Below, in pieces: positions 27,662-35,660 of a stretch of DNA of 64,000 bases (positions are counted from its first letter, which is position 1; every line of letters starts with the position of its first letter). Below the pieces are notes generated by a model. That model was not told the origin of the DNA and did no database searches. It saw only the letters and a list, made by a program, of their open reading frames with translations. Source of the DNA: an uncultured virus (IMG/VR IMGVR_UViG_3300042988_001414) (lineage: Duplodnaviria > Heunggongvirae > Uroviricota > Caudoviricetes). The position numbers were made by a program, and so were the translations under genes. The DNA lies in IMG/VR virus record IMGVR_UViG_3300042988_001414. One strand, given 5' to 3'.

Positions 27662-28125
27662 CGTCCAGGCAGAAGAGAGTCATCGCAGCGATCGCTGAGC
27701 TGGAACTCCGCTCGCCCGGTAACGAGATCACTCCGCGCGCGCTCTGGGAGTCAGCGCGAGAGGAGTCGCATCCACTTCACGACGAGTTCGAATGGGACGA
27801 CTCGGTTGCGGCCGCCGCACATCGTGACGAGCAAGCGCGGCGTCTGCTTCGTCTTCGCATCACGACAACGATCGAAGACCGAATCATCCGAGCTCCGATC
27901 TGCGTGCGCTCACCGGATGCTCTAAAAGGCGAGGCAGGCTACACGCGGACGATGTCGATCTTGGACGACAAGGCACGAGCCAAGCGTGCCTTCCTGGAGG
28001 AGGCCGATCGCGTCGCTCGCATCGTTGAGCGATTGCAAACACTGGCCTCCGCGTTCGGTCTCGAGGCACAGTGCGCGGAGATCCTCCGCGAGCTCGGAGA
28101 AATACGCCGCGCGGCTGCTGCGTGA
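27658..28125 (+). CDS. Conserved phage protein coupled to the RAMP-like gene
   Basis: HPLHDEFEWDDSVAA...QAR motif; ATGA overlap. Confidence 0.75.
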   Translation: MTSRQKRVIAAIAELELRSPGNEITPRALWESAREESHPLHDEFEWDDSVAAAAHRDEQARRLLRLRITTTIEDRIIRAPICVRSPDALKGEAGYTRTMSILDDKARAKRAFLEEADRVARIVERLQTLASAFGLEAQCAEILRELGEIRRAAAA

Positions 28126-28131
28126 TTGATC

Positions 28132-28646
28132 GGCGTGGCATGGCGGGCGAGGCCTGGCTCGGCGAGGCCTGGCGAGGCGCGGAATGGCGGGACGTGGCGA
28201 GGCAGGCGCGGAATGGCGAGTCTCGGCTAGGCCAGGCGCGGCTTGGCGGGGCCAGGCGTGGCGATGCAGGCGCGGAATGGCGGGGCCAGGCGTGGCGAGG
28301 CGATGCGGGCAGGGCGTGGAATGGCGGGGCATGGCGGGGCCAGGCGTGGCGAGGCGATGCGGGCAGGGCGTGGAACGGCTAGGCGGGGCCTGGTCAGACG
28401 ATGCGGGCGAGGACCGGCGAGGACCGGCGCGGCTGGGCTTGGCGCGGCGCGGCATGGCGAGGCATGGCATGGCGGGCGAGGATAGGCGGGGCCGGGCGAG
28501 TCGCGGATGGGAGCGGACCGGCAGGCGAGGCGCGGCCAGGACAGGCGCGGCCGGGCATGGCGGGGCGGGCAAGGCATGGCAGGGCCGGGCGGGGCCGGGC
28601 ATGGCAAGGCGCGGATCGGAACGGCGGGCGAGGCATGGAACGGAGA
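28132..28646 (+). repeat. GGC-NN pentamer array 2 (candidate multi-guide ncRNA)
   Basis: About 95 pentamers arranged in about 9 blocks separated by (G/T)GC(A/G) tetramers. Confidence 0.9.
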
Positions 28647-28653
28647 TGAATGG

Positions 28654-29091
28654 ATGAACACGAGCAAGACATCAGGGCGCGCGCAACGACGAGCCGCCGC
28701 GGCCATCGTGCGAAGAGAGATGAAACGCTCGTGGCAGGAGTTCGAACTGGTTCGCGATGCGGACTACGCCGGACTGTTCGAGCGACAGCGAGCCAACGTC
28801 GGCGACCTGGAGTCGGTTTGGAAGAACAACCTCTTCGTCGTTCAGGTTTATCGACGCGCAACAGTCCACGGCGTGGCACTTCATCTGGCGATTCGACGCA
28901 ATGATGCGTCTGAGGTTCAGGGGTGGGACGACCTCCAGCGCATCAAGAATTCGATCGTCGGAGTCGACCGTGTGGCGATCGAGATCTACCCACGACAGGA
29001 CGACGTCATGGATCAGGCGAACATGCGACACCTCTTCGTTCTGCCGCCGGGTGTGGCAGCTCCATTCACGCGTCATGGACGGTGGGAGTGA
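28654..29091 (+). CDS. Conserved phage hypothetical protein
   Basis: WDDLQRIKN...AIEIYP...DQANMRHL motif. Confidence 0.75.
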   Translation: MNTSKTSGRAQRRAAAAIVRREMKRSWQEFELVRDADYAGLFERQRANVGDLESVWKNNLFVVQVYRRATVHGVALHLAIRRNDASEVQGWDDLQRIKNSIVGVDRVAIEIYPRQDDVMDQANMRHLFVLPPGVAAPFTRHGRWE

Positions 29092-29429
29092 TGACGATCG
29101 CAAACTACGAACGACTGGTCGACCGATGCCGAATGCTCGGCGTCCTCCACGTCGCAAACCGCGTCTCTCGAGAGGTTGGCATCCCGTTGCAGGCGATGCT
29201 GAGCGCGTCTCGCTCTGGGACTCTCGTGAGAGCTCGCCGAGCGCTCTACCTCGCGTTGCGTGCGGAGGGCCTGAGCTACCAGGAGATCGGCCGCTGCGTC
29301 GGTCGCGACCACACGACCATCATCGCAGCACTGAAGGGACGAGCGAGCGACCAGTGTGCCCAGTGCGGGAAGCCAATCGACCAACACGCGCCGCAACCTG
29401 ACCTCGCCGAACGAGTGCGGGTCGCCTGA
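29091..29429 (+). CDS. DnaA C-terminal (domain IV)-like HTH protein
   Basis: LVRARR...LSYQEIGRCVGRDHTTII. Confidence 0.8.
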   Translation: MTIANYERLVDRCRMLGVLHVANRVSREVGIPLQAMLSASRSGTLVRARRALYLALRAEGLSYQEIGRCVGRDHTTIIAALKGRASDQCAQCGKPIDQHAPQPDLAERVRVA

Positions 29430-29509
29430 CGCTTCGAAGAGAGCGAGGCCGATCCGACAGCAACGATCCGGAAATTCCGGATCGTTCCCACACGCCACAA
29501 GAGGACTAG

Positions 29510-30640
29510 ATGGACATCACCGTATCGAAGAAAGAGCTACTGAAGGTCGCCGCACGCATGGCCGGCATCGCGGAGCGCAAGAGCACCATGCCGATGCTCG
29601 CCAGCGTGCTCTTGGTCGCTAGGGACCAGGAGTTGGAGCTCGCCGCAACCGACCTCTATCTTGCCCTGCGCGGGACGATTCCCGTCGCGGAGTCCCGCCA
29701 AAGCGGAAGCGTCGCGATTGGTGCGAAGGACTTCGTCGACCGCATCAAGATGCTCCCAGACGGACCTGTTCGTCTGACGGCGGACGAGAGATCGCTGACG
29801 ATCAAGGGCGGAGGCGCACGCAAGTTCACCATGCGCGGCTTCGGCGGCGGCGACTTCCCGCCGATCCCAGCGCCTGATGAGCACGCCCAGGTGATCATGA
29901 TCGACGCGACGGCGCTCGTGGCGTTGATCGAGACAACGAGCTTCGCGGTGAGCCCAGACGAGACGCGCCCGCACATCAACTCGGCACTGATCGAGTGGAA
30001 GGGGCAGTCCCTCCGCATGGTGGCAACGGACGGACACCGTCTTGCTTATGCCGCGCGGCAGGTGGCAGGGACGGCGGAGTCATCGATCTTGATCCCACTC
30101 AAGGCACTTCGAGAGGTACGGCAGCTCGCGGAGGACGTTGCAGCGTCGGCTGGGGAGCAAGTCATCAAGCTGGTGACCTCATGGAGACATGCCTTCCTGA
30201 CAGCGAATGCGGCGCAGTCGATGACGTTCGGGCTCAAGATCGTGGAGGCTGTCTTCCCTCCGTACGAGCAAGTGATTCCGACCGCGAACACCCATCGTGC
30301 ACGCGCGCCACGCGTGCAACTGCTCGACGCCGTCCGTGCGGTGGCCATCGCCGCCCCAGACAGAACAGGTGCACTGAGGTTCGAATTCTCAAACGGTCGC
30401 CTGCTCATCACTGGGGCCGATGCCGACTCAGGTGATGGCGAGGACGAGGTTTCGGTCGACTACGTGGGTCCGAATATCGCGCTTGGATTCAACTCGCGCT
30501 ACATCGCCGAGGCGCTTGGCGCACTAGACGCCGATGACGTGGAGCTTGCCTTCAACGGTGAGCTCGACCCCATCGTTCTACGACCACTTGGTGAGTGCGC
30601 GACCGACGCGATCCACGTCGTGATGCCGATGCGAGTGTGA
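29510..30640 (+). CDS. dnaN: DNA polymerase III beta clamp
   Basis: ATDL, DETRPHIN, VATDGHRLA, FPPYEQVIP, GFNSRY, VVMPMRV. Confidence 0.95.
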   Translation: MDITVSKKELLKVAARMAGIAERKSTMPMLASVLLVARDQELELAATDLYLALRGTIPVAESRQSGSVAIGAKDFVDRIKMLPDGPVRLTADERSLTIKGGGARKFTMRGFGGGDFPPIPAPDEHAQVIMIDATALVALIETTSFAVSPDETRPHINSALIEWKGQSLRMVATDGHRLAYAARQVAGTAESSILIPLKALREVRQLAEDVAASAGEQVIKLVTSWRHAFLTANAAQSMTFGLKIVEAVFPPYEQVIPTANTHRARAPRVQLLDAVRAVAIAAPDRTGALRFEFSNGRLLITGADADSGDGEDEVSVDYVGPNIALGFNSRYIAEALGALDADDVELAFNGELDPIVLRPLGECATDAIHVVMPMRV

Positions 30641-30659
30641 CGACGCAAGGAGGACCACC

Positions 30660-30938
30660 ATGACCGATCGCGTGCGATGTCCATACGAGCCTCAGGCCAA
30701 GCGCGGCGTGTGCGAGCGCAACGGGTGCAATCACTACGCGGCGAACAGAGCGCGCATCTGTCGCTGTTGCCTTGCGCAACTTCCGAGCGAGCTGGCGAAC
30801 AAGCTCTCGCTGATGTGCCAGATGGCGAACGACCTTGCTGTGCTGGATGCGGAGCAAGACAAGGCGCTAGCTACCCTCAACGCAACGGAGCCGCGCAAGG
30901 TCTTCGGTCGGCGATGGAAGCCGACCACCTGGCAATGA
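30660..30938 (+). CDS. Cys-rich hypothetical protein
   Basis: AGGAGG RBS; ORF track. Confidence 0.5.
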   Translation: MTDRVRCPYEPQAKRGVCERNGCNHYAANRARICRCCLAQLPSELANKLSLMCQMANDLAVLDAEQDKALATLNATEPRKVFGRRWKPTTWQ

Positions 30939-30958
30939 AAGAACGAACCGGAGGAACC

Positions 30959-31234
30959 ATGAGCCAATTGAGCAAGGGTATTTCGAACGCAGCGCGCGAC
31001 CACTTCCACGTGGAGGTTGGGAGGCAGCTCCAGGAGATTCGCAAGTCGAAGGGCATGACGTGTCGTGAGCTCGGTGCGAAGACCGGTCTGACTCTGTCAT
31101 CGATCACGCACGCGGAGGCAGGGCAAAGCCTCTCTTTCATCGCCGCGGCCCTCATTGCCAAGGCGCTCGGCGTGACGCTCGCAGAGCTCGTTCCGCCATC
31201 GTCTCTCGAGAGGCCTTGGGAGCGAGCCGGATAG
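30959..31234 (+). CDS. XRE-family HTH regulator
   Basis: LQEIRKSKGMTCRELGAKTGL...IAKALGVTLAEL. Confidence 0.8.
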   Translation: MSQLSKGISNAARDHFHVEVGRQLQEIRKSKGMTCRELGAKTGLTLSSITHAEAGQSLSFIAAALIAKALGVTLAELVPPSSLERPWERAG

Positions 31235-31426
31235 GACTTCGCCGAGTCGCACCCCTCCCCCTCCTGCGATTCGACGGCCCGCTGGCAGACCGGGCAATGT
31301 CTGCCGCCTGACTCACCAGGGAACCATCGCGCTGCAACGCGATGCTTCGAAGCAAGCTGGCAGACCTTGTCCCGCAAGTCTGCAAGAGGGTGGCTGGCGA
31401 TGTCTGCTCGCTCGCCACTCTCGCCT

Positions 31427-31522
31427 GACTCGGTAGCTCAGACGGTAGAGCAGTGATGGCGCTCTTTGTTCACCGGAGCGTCGTCACATGGGTCGCAGGT
31501 TCGAGTCCTGCCCGAGTCACCA
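31427..31522 (+). tRNA. tRNA-like RNA with aberrant extended anticodon arm (no assignable anticodon)
   Basis: Acceptor GACTCGG/CCGAGTC + ACCA; D arm GCTC..GAGC; T arm GCAGG-TTCGAGT-CCTGC; 12-bp stem with 11-nt loop in the anticodon position. Confidence 0.8.
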
Positions 31523-31541
31523 GCGAAAGGTGTATGATGCA

Positions 31542-31751
31542 ATGAACAAGAGACAACGAGTCGAGAAGTACTGGTCGATCTGGAAGCTGAGCGACAGTGG
31601 GGATGACTGGCACCCATACGACGAGGGAATCACGACGCGTCGCAGGGCAGAGGAGGAGCTGCGCGAACTCCTTCAGGATGGCTGGCCGGGGGAAGAATTC
31701 TGCATCGTGCGCACGACGCACGAGCGCGTTCGGGAGAGGAGGAAGAAGTGA
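31542..31751 (+). CDS. Hypothetical protein
   Basis: Coupled small ORF. Confidence 0.45.
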   Translation: MNKRQRVEKYWSIWKLSDSGDDWHPYDEGITTRRRAEEELRELLQDGWPGEEFCIVRTTHERVRERRKK

Positions 31752-32083
31752 CCCCCGCATCTGACTGCGCATGCGAGTCGCGCGTATTTGACCCAGACAT
31801 GATCGGGCAGACCTGCGGCGACCTGTGGCTGCAAGGCTGGGACGTCTGCACTCGATGCGGCAAGTGCTGGCTGTCCAAAGACTGCAAGCCGTGTGCTGCG
31901 CTGGTGTGGACACTGTGCAAGGGAGGACGATCCGTGGACATCGGCAACGGTCGCATTCGATGCACGATCAAGGCGGAGAGTGGTGAGCGACTCGACGTGC
32001 AAGGACTCATGGCACGGATCGCGAGACTGCCAGAGCTCGAACGCGAACTGGCAGAACTGCGCGCAAAGGGTGGGAGACAATGA
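31748..32083 (+). CDS. Cys-rich hypothetical protein
   Basis: Coupled ORF. Confidence 0.45.
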   Translation: MTPASDCACESRVFDPDMIGQTCGDLWLQGWDVCTRCGKCWLSKDCKPCAALVWTLCKGGRSVDIGNGRIRCTIKAESGERLDVQGLMARIARLPELERELAELRAKGGRQ

Positions 32084-33144
32084 CATCCGCAATCGACGCA
32101 ACAGCATGGCTCCGCGACATGAAGGCCGCCGAGTCCGACAAGCTTGCGCGCCTCGAGACAGAGGCTGTGCATGACGAGGCCGCACGAGAGGTGCTGGCTG
32201 ACGTGTACGAGGGAGCCGGTCGCAGCAAAGATGCGGCGTTGCTTCGTGGCGAGATCTTCCCACTACCGCCGAAGCGACCGCGCAAGCGTATCGAGAAGCT
32301 TACGAGCACCGAGGAAAACAAAATGCGCGGGTGGGCGCAGCGCTGGATCGAGATTGGGCTACGCCATGGCCCGACTACGGCCATCGACGTGGCACAGTTT
32401 CGGGCTGGGATCTGCGCGGCGTACGAGGCCGCGAAGCTAGCTCCGCCGAAGCGAATCGTGTGGACGACGTCGCCGCTCGCCGCGGTGCTCGCGGGGCCCA
32501 TCGCGATGCATGTGCTGGGCAGCGGAGCGCTGAACGTAGCAGTACCTGGAGCAATCAGGCAGGCCGTGGGCATCGCGGTGCGCGGCGCGGTGGACGTCGC
32601 GGTGGACGTCGCGGTGGACGACGCGGTGAGCGGCGCGGTGGACGTCGCGGTGCGCGATGCGGTGAGCGACGCGGTGAGCGACGCGGTGGACGACGCGGTG
32701 AGCGGCGCGGTGAGCGGCGCGGTGAGCGACGCGGTGGACGACGCGGTGAGCGGCGCCCCATCGGTCATTAGGGACAACTGGTACCGGTACCTAGGAGGCC
32801 AGCCGTGGGTCGGATGGGGATACGGTTATCGGGGACCAGCCTACGTCTCGTTCCTCCAGGACGTGTGCAGACTGCAACTGGCTCCCGCCATCGAGCGAGC
32901 TGCGCGAGCGTATCAGGCGATCTGCCGGTCGTGCTGGTGGCTCTGGCCTCACAGTGACTTCGTGATCGTGGCTCCTCGTCCGATGCGGATCGAGCGTGAC
33001 GCGGATGGTCGGCTGACGCTGGCGGAGTGGCCCGATGGGTCACGTGTCGAGCGTGGCAAGGATGGGACGTATCGGCTCAACGTGGATGTCCGCAAGGTGC
33101 TGGCGATGCTGGGAGGTGAGCGCGAAGGGAAGGAGGGCTCGTGA
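32080..33144 (+). CDS. DUF6745-like protein with internal tetrapeptide repeats
   Basis: YEAAKLAPPKRIVW.TSP; (AVSD/AVDD)n; CWWLWPHSDFVIV.PRP.RIERDADGRL. Confidence 0.65.
   Translation: MTSAIDATAWLRDMKAAESDKLARLETEAVHDEAAREVLADVYEGAGRSKDAALLRGEIFPLPPKRPRKRIEKLTSTEENKMRGWAQRWIEIGLRHGPTTAIDVAQFRAGICAAYEAAKLAPPKRIVWTTSPLAAVLAGPIAMHVLGSGALNVAVPGAIRQAVGIAVRGAVDVAVDVAVDDAVSGAVDVAVRDAVSDAVSDAVDDAVSGAVSGAVSDAVDDAVSGAPSVIRDNWYRYLGGQPWVGWGYGYRGPAYVSFLQDVCRLQLAPAIERAARAYQAICRSCWWLWPHSDFVIVAPRPMRIERDADGRLTLAEWPDGSRVERGKDGTYRLNVDVRKVLAMLGGEREGKEGS
32574..32756 (+). repeat. 12-bp coding tandem repeat (GCGGTGNNNNNC)
   Basis: About 15 units encoding AVxx. Confidence 0.85.
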
Positions 33145-33446
33145 TGTCGAAAGCGAAGCTGGGACGCGTAACAGTGCGGCAGGAGCCGCACGAGAGCGGG
33201 CTGGCGCAGGTGACGCAAAGCCCGCGCGGATTCATCATCTCGGTCAACGGCAAGCGCGTTGGATGCGTGCGTTATGCACGGAGAGTGTTGGGGTCGGGCG
33301 CTCCGTGGTTTTGGTACGCGCACGTCGGGAATAGCGCCGGAGGTCACAAGTCCTTTGCGACGCGCGAAGAGGCGCGCGACGCGTGCGTTGCGTGGGTCAA
33401 GGCGGCGATGAAGGAAGAGGCGCGTGCAAAGGAAGGTGGGACGTGA
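33141..33446 (+). CDS. Hypothetical protein
   Basis: Coupled ORF. Confidence 0.5.
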   Translation: MMSKAKLGRVTVRQEPHESGLAQVTQSPRGFIISVNGKRVGCVRYARRVLGSGAPWFWYAHVGNSAGGHKSFATREEARDACVAWVKAAMKEEARAKEGGT

Positions 33447-33672
33447 AGAACAGCAGGCAGATCACGGCACCGCCAACGACCCGAGACGAGGTTGATATGG
33501 GCGGTTACCAGGGTCCTATCCAGAGACCATTCGAGGTGTGGACCGACTTTGTCGGTTGGTGCTCCGCGTGTCTCCGCGTGGGAGTCGAGACCATCAAGTT
33601 CGGCACACGGGAGCGCTGCGTCGGCATCTGCGGCGACTGCCTCGATCGACTCAACGAAGAGCGAGGTGAGAC

Positions 33673-33885
33673 GTGAGCGCCAACCAGCGACGTCTCGGAG
33701 AGGCGCTGCGCGCGAAGTACGCGCGCGTGTTTGGGATGCGCGTTGACGACGTCGCGTTGGACTTCATTGGCGAGGACAACGCTGAAGTCTACAGCCGTGT
33801 TGACGGCACATTGCCTAGGTGGTCACTCACGCACGCGACAGTCGAAGAGTGGAACATGAAGACTGGGAGCAGGTGGAAAACATGA
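33673..33885 (+). CDS. Hypothetical protein
   Basis: Coupled ORF. Confidence 0.45.
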   Translation: MSANQRRLGEALRAKYARVFGMRVDDVALDFIGEDNAEVYSRVDGTLPRWSLTHATVEEWNMKTGSRWKT

Positions 33886-34214
33886 ACCTCTGTGTACGAT
33901 GCATCTGCGCTTGCGACTGCTGCGCTGACATGCCGGCAATGCGCGAGCGAGCCGAGGGGGCGGAGGCGGTGCGGGACGAAGCGATGGCGAAGTTCGCCAA
34001 CCTCGAGATGCACAGCAAAGTCATTGCGAAGGCCGCTGACAGGATGCGCGCGCACGAGAAAAAACAGGATGAGATGCTTCGTGGCGCGCTATCCCGCGCC
34101 GATAAGGCGGAGCGCCGAGTCCGCGTACTGAAGGCCGAAGTCGCCGAGCTGAAGAAGTGCCTCAAGGCACTTGGCGCTGCATACAGCCAGGTCACGGAAG
34201 GAGGTGACGATTGA
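33882..34214 (+). CDS. Coiled-coil hypothetical protein
   Basis: Coupled ORF. Confidence 0.5.
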   Translation: MNLCVRCICACDCCADMPAMRERAEGAEAVRDEAMAKFANLEMHSKVIAKAADRMRAHEKKQDEMLRGALSRADKAERRVRVLKAEVAELKKCLKALGAAYSQVTEGGDD

Positions 34215-34876
34215 GCGGCAAGAAGTGCTCGCGTTGCGGGGCTCCGTATCGGGATTCGTGCTCATTCGTCGAGTGCGTCATCGAAGACCTTCGAATGCGC
34301 GCCGAGCGAGCGGAGAGGGAGCGTGACGAGGCGCTCGGCGACCGCGAGAAACCGTCCGCATCGGAGCTTTTGCAAAAGGGTGGCGAGTGGCTTGGCGCTG
34401 CGAGGAACTGGCTCAAGTGGCACACGCTCAACGGCGATCGGTTGACGTGGGGAAGCAACGACCAGGTCGAACCACCATTTACGGTCGCCATGATCGAAGG
34501 CTTGGCCGCGGATGTCGCGGTCGCCGCCATGCGGCCGCAGCCGACAGAGAAGCTGGTCGAGACCTGTCTGCTTGCGCGATGGCGCGCGGAGAGCGAACTA
34601 GCGAGCGCGCGCGCGGAGATCGAGCAACTCAAAGAGCGCGCCGAGAAGGCTGAGGCGCGCGTTGTCGAACTTGAAAAAGCTTGTTGCGAATGCGGCCAGG
34701 TGGGGATGGCTGGGGTGTTCTGTCGCGATTGCACCCGCAGCATCAGCCAATTTCGAGAGCGATCCGAGAAGGCCGAACGTGAGGTGAAGAGGCTTTGCAA
34801 GGTGCTCGACACGCTTGGCGGTGACTTGGTGGCGTTGGTTCGCACGTACTTCCCTGGCATGGACGGTGTCCGATGA
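34211..34876 (+). CDS. Coiled-coil hypothetical protein
   Basis: Repeated ERAE(R/K)AE motifs. Confidence 0.55.
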   Translation: MSGKKCSRCGAPYRDSCSFVECVIEDLRMRAERAERERDEALGDREKPSASELLQKGGEWLGAARNWLKWHTLNGDRLTWGSNDQVEPPFTVAMIEGLAADVAVAAMRPQPTEKLVETCLLARWRAESELASARAEIEQLKERAEKAEARVVELEKACCECGQVGMAGVFCRDCTRSISQFRERSEKAEREVKRLCKVLDTLGGDLVALVRTYFPGMDGVR

Positions 34877-35319
34877 TGCGCGAGCGGCACCCCTTCGATC
34901 TCGACGTCTGCGCGAAGTGCGAGACGACGTTCCGTCGCCCGACGCCAGAGATGGTGGGATCGCTGGCGATCAAGCCTGCGCTCAAGGTCGTCTACCGCGT
35001 GGAGATTGGCGGCAAAGCAAAGCACTTCCTGAAGCGGAGTTCTGCATATCAGCGATACGCGTGGAAGAGGCTTGCCGAGAAGTACAAGTGCGACGGCTCA
35101 TGCGATGTTGGCCCAGTCAGTCATGAAGACCCGATCAACGAGGGAAGGTGCTACCGCGGAGTCTGCCATCCGTGGCGAACAAACGACGACTACGGGTATC
35201 GTCGAAATCCTAGCAAGCGGTCCGTGGAGTTTCTTCAGCGGCGCTTCGTTCGCTGGTTGCTCTGGCACGATAAGGAGACGCGCAAGCGCGGACGGTCGCC
35301 AATGAGGGTGTCGACATGA
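34873..35319 (+). CDS. Hypothetical protein
   Basis: Coupled ORF. Confidence 0.5.
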   Translation: MMRERHPFDLDVCAKCETTFRRPTPEMVGSLAIKPALKVVYRVEIGGKAKHFLKRSSAYQRYAWKRLAEKYKCDGSCDVGPVSHEDPINEGRCYRGVCHPWRTNDDYGYRRNPSKRSVEFLQRRFVRWLLWHDKETRKRGRSPMRVST

Positions 35320-35660
35320 AGCACCGATCGATTACCACCACCGAACTGACGCCTGAGGCCCGCATCGATGCGGCTCGACGAGCGATCGCCAACGCGATCG
35401 ATGAACTGATCGAGGCGAAGATCGCCATGGGCGTTGCGTCCAGTGAGTGGGTCGACCAGATGACCAGCCCGTTGGGCAAACGTCGACACCTACGACTGGT
35501 CCGCGAAGGCGTCCTCCAGGCCGTGAAGGACGGGCGACGAAGACTCGTGCGGCGGTCGGACATCAACGCGTACCTGGAGTCTCAGCCCGTTCGGACTCCT
35601 CCTAAGCGAGAGGACGACGTCGATGAGATGATGTTGCGAATCGTCGGAGGTCATCGATGA
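35316..35660 (+). CDS. Excisionase-like HTH protein
   Basis: VREGVLQAVKDGRRRLVRRSDINAYL; overlaps the integrase start. Confidence 0.75.
   Translation: MKHRSITTTELTPEARIDAARRAIANAIDELIEAKIAMGVASSEWVDQMTSPLGKRRHLRLVREGVLQAVKDGRRRLVRRSDINAYLESQPVRTPPKREDDVDEMMLRIVGGHR

Noticed and set aside
27922..28879. Multiple overlapping ORFs over array 2
   Set aside because: Same artefact; 5-nt periodicity with phase slips argues for non-coding sequence
32574..32756. 12-bp repeat as a second guide array
   Set aside because: In-frame, multiple-of-3 period encoding AVxx repeats within a plausible protein
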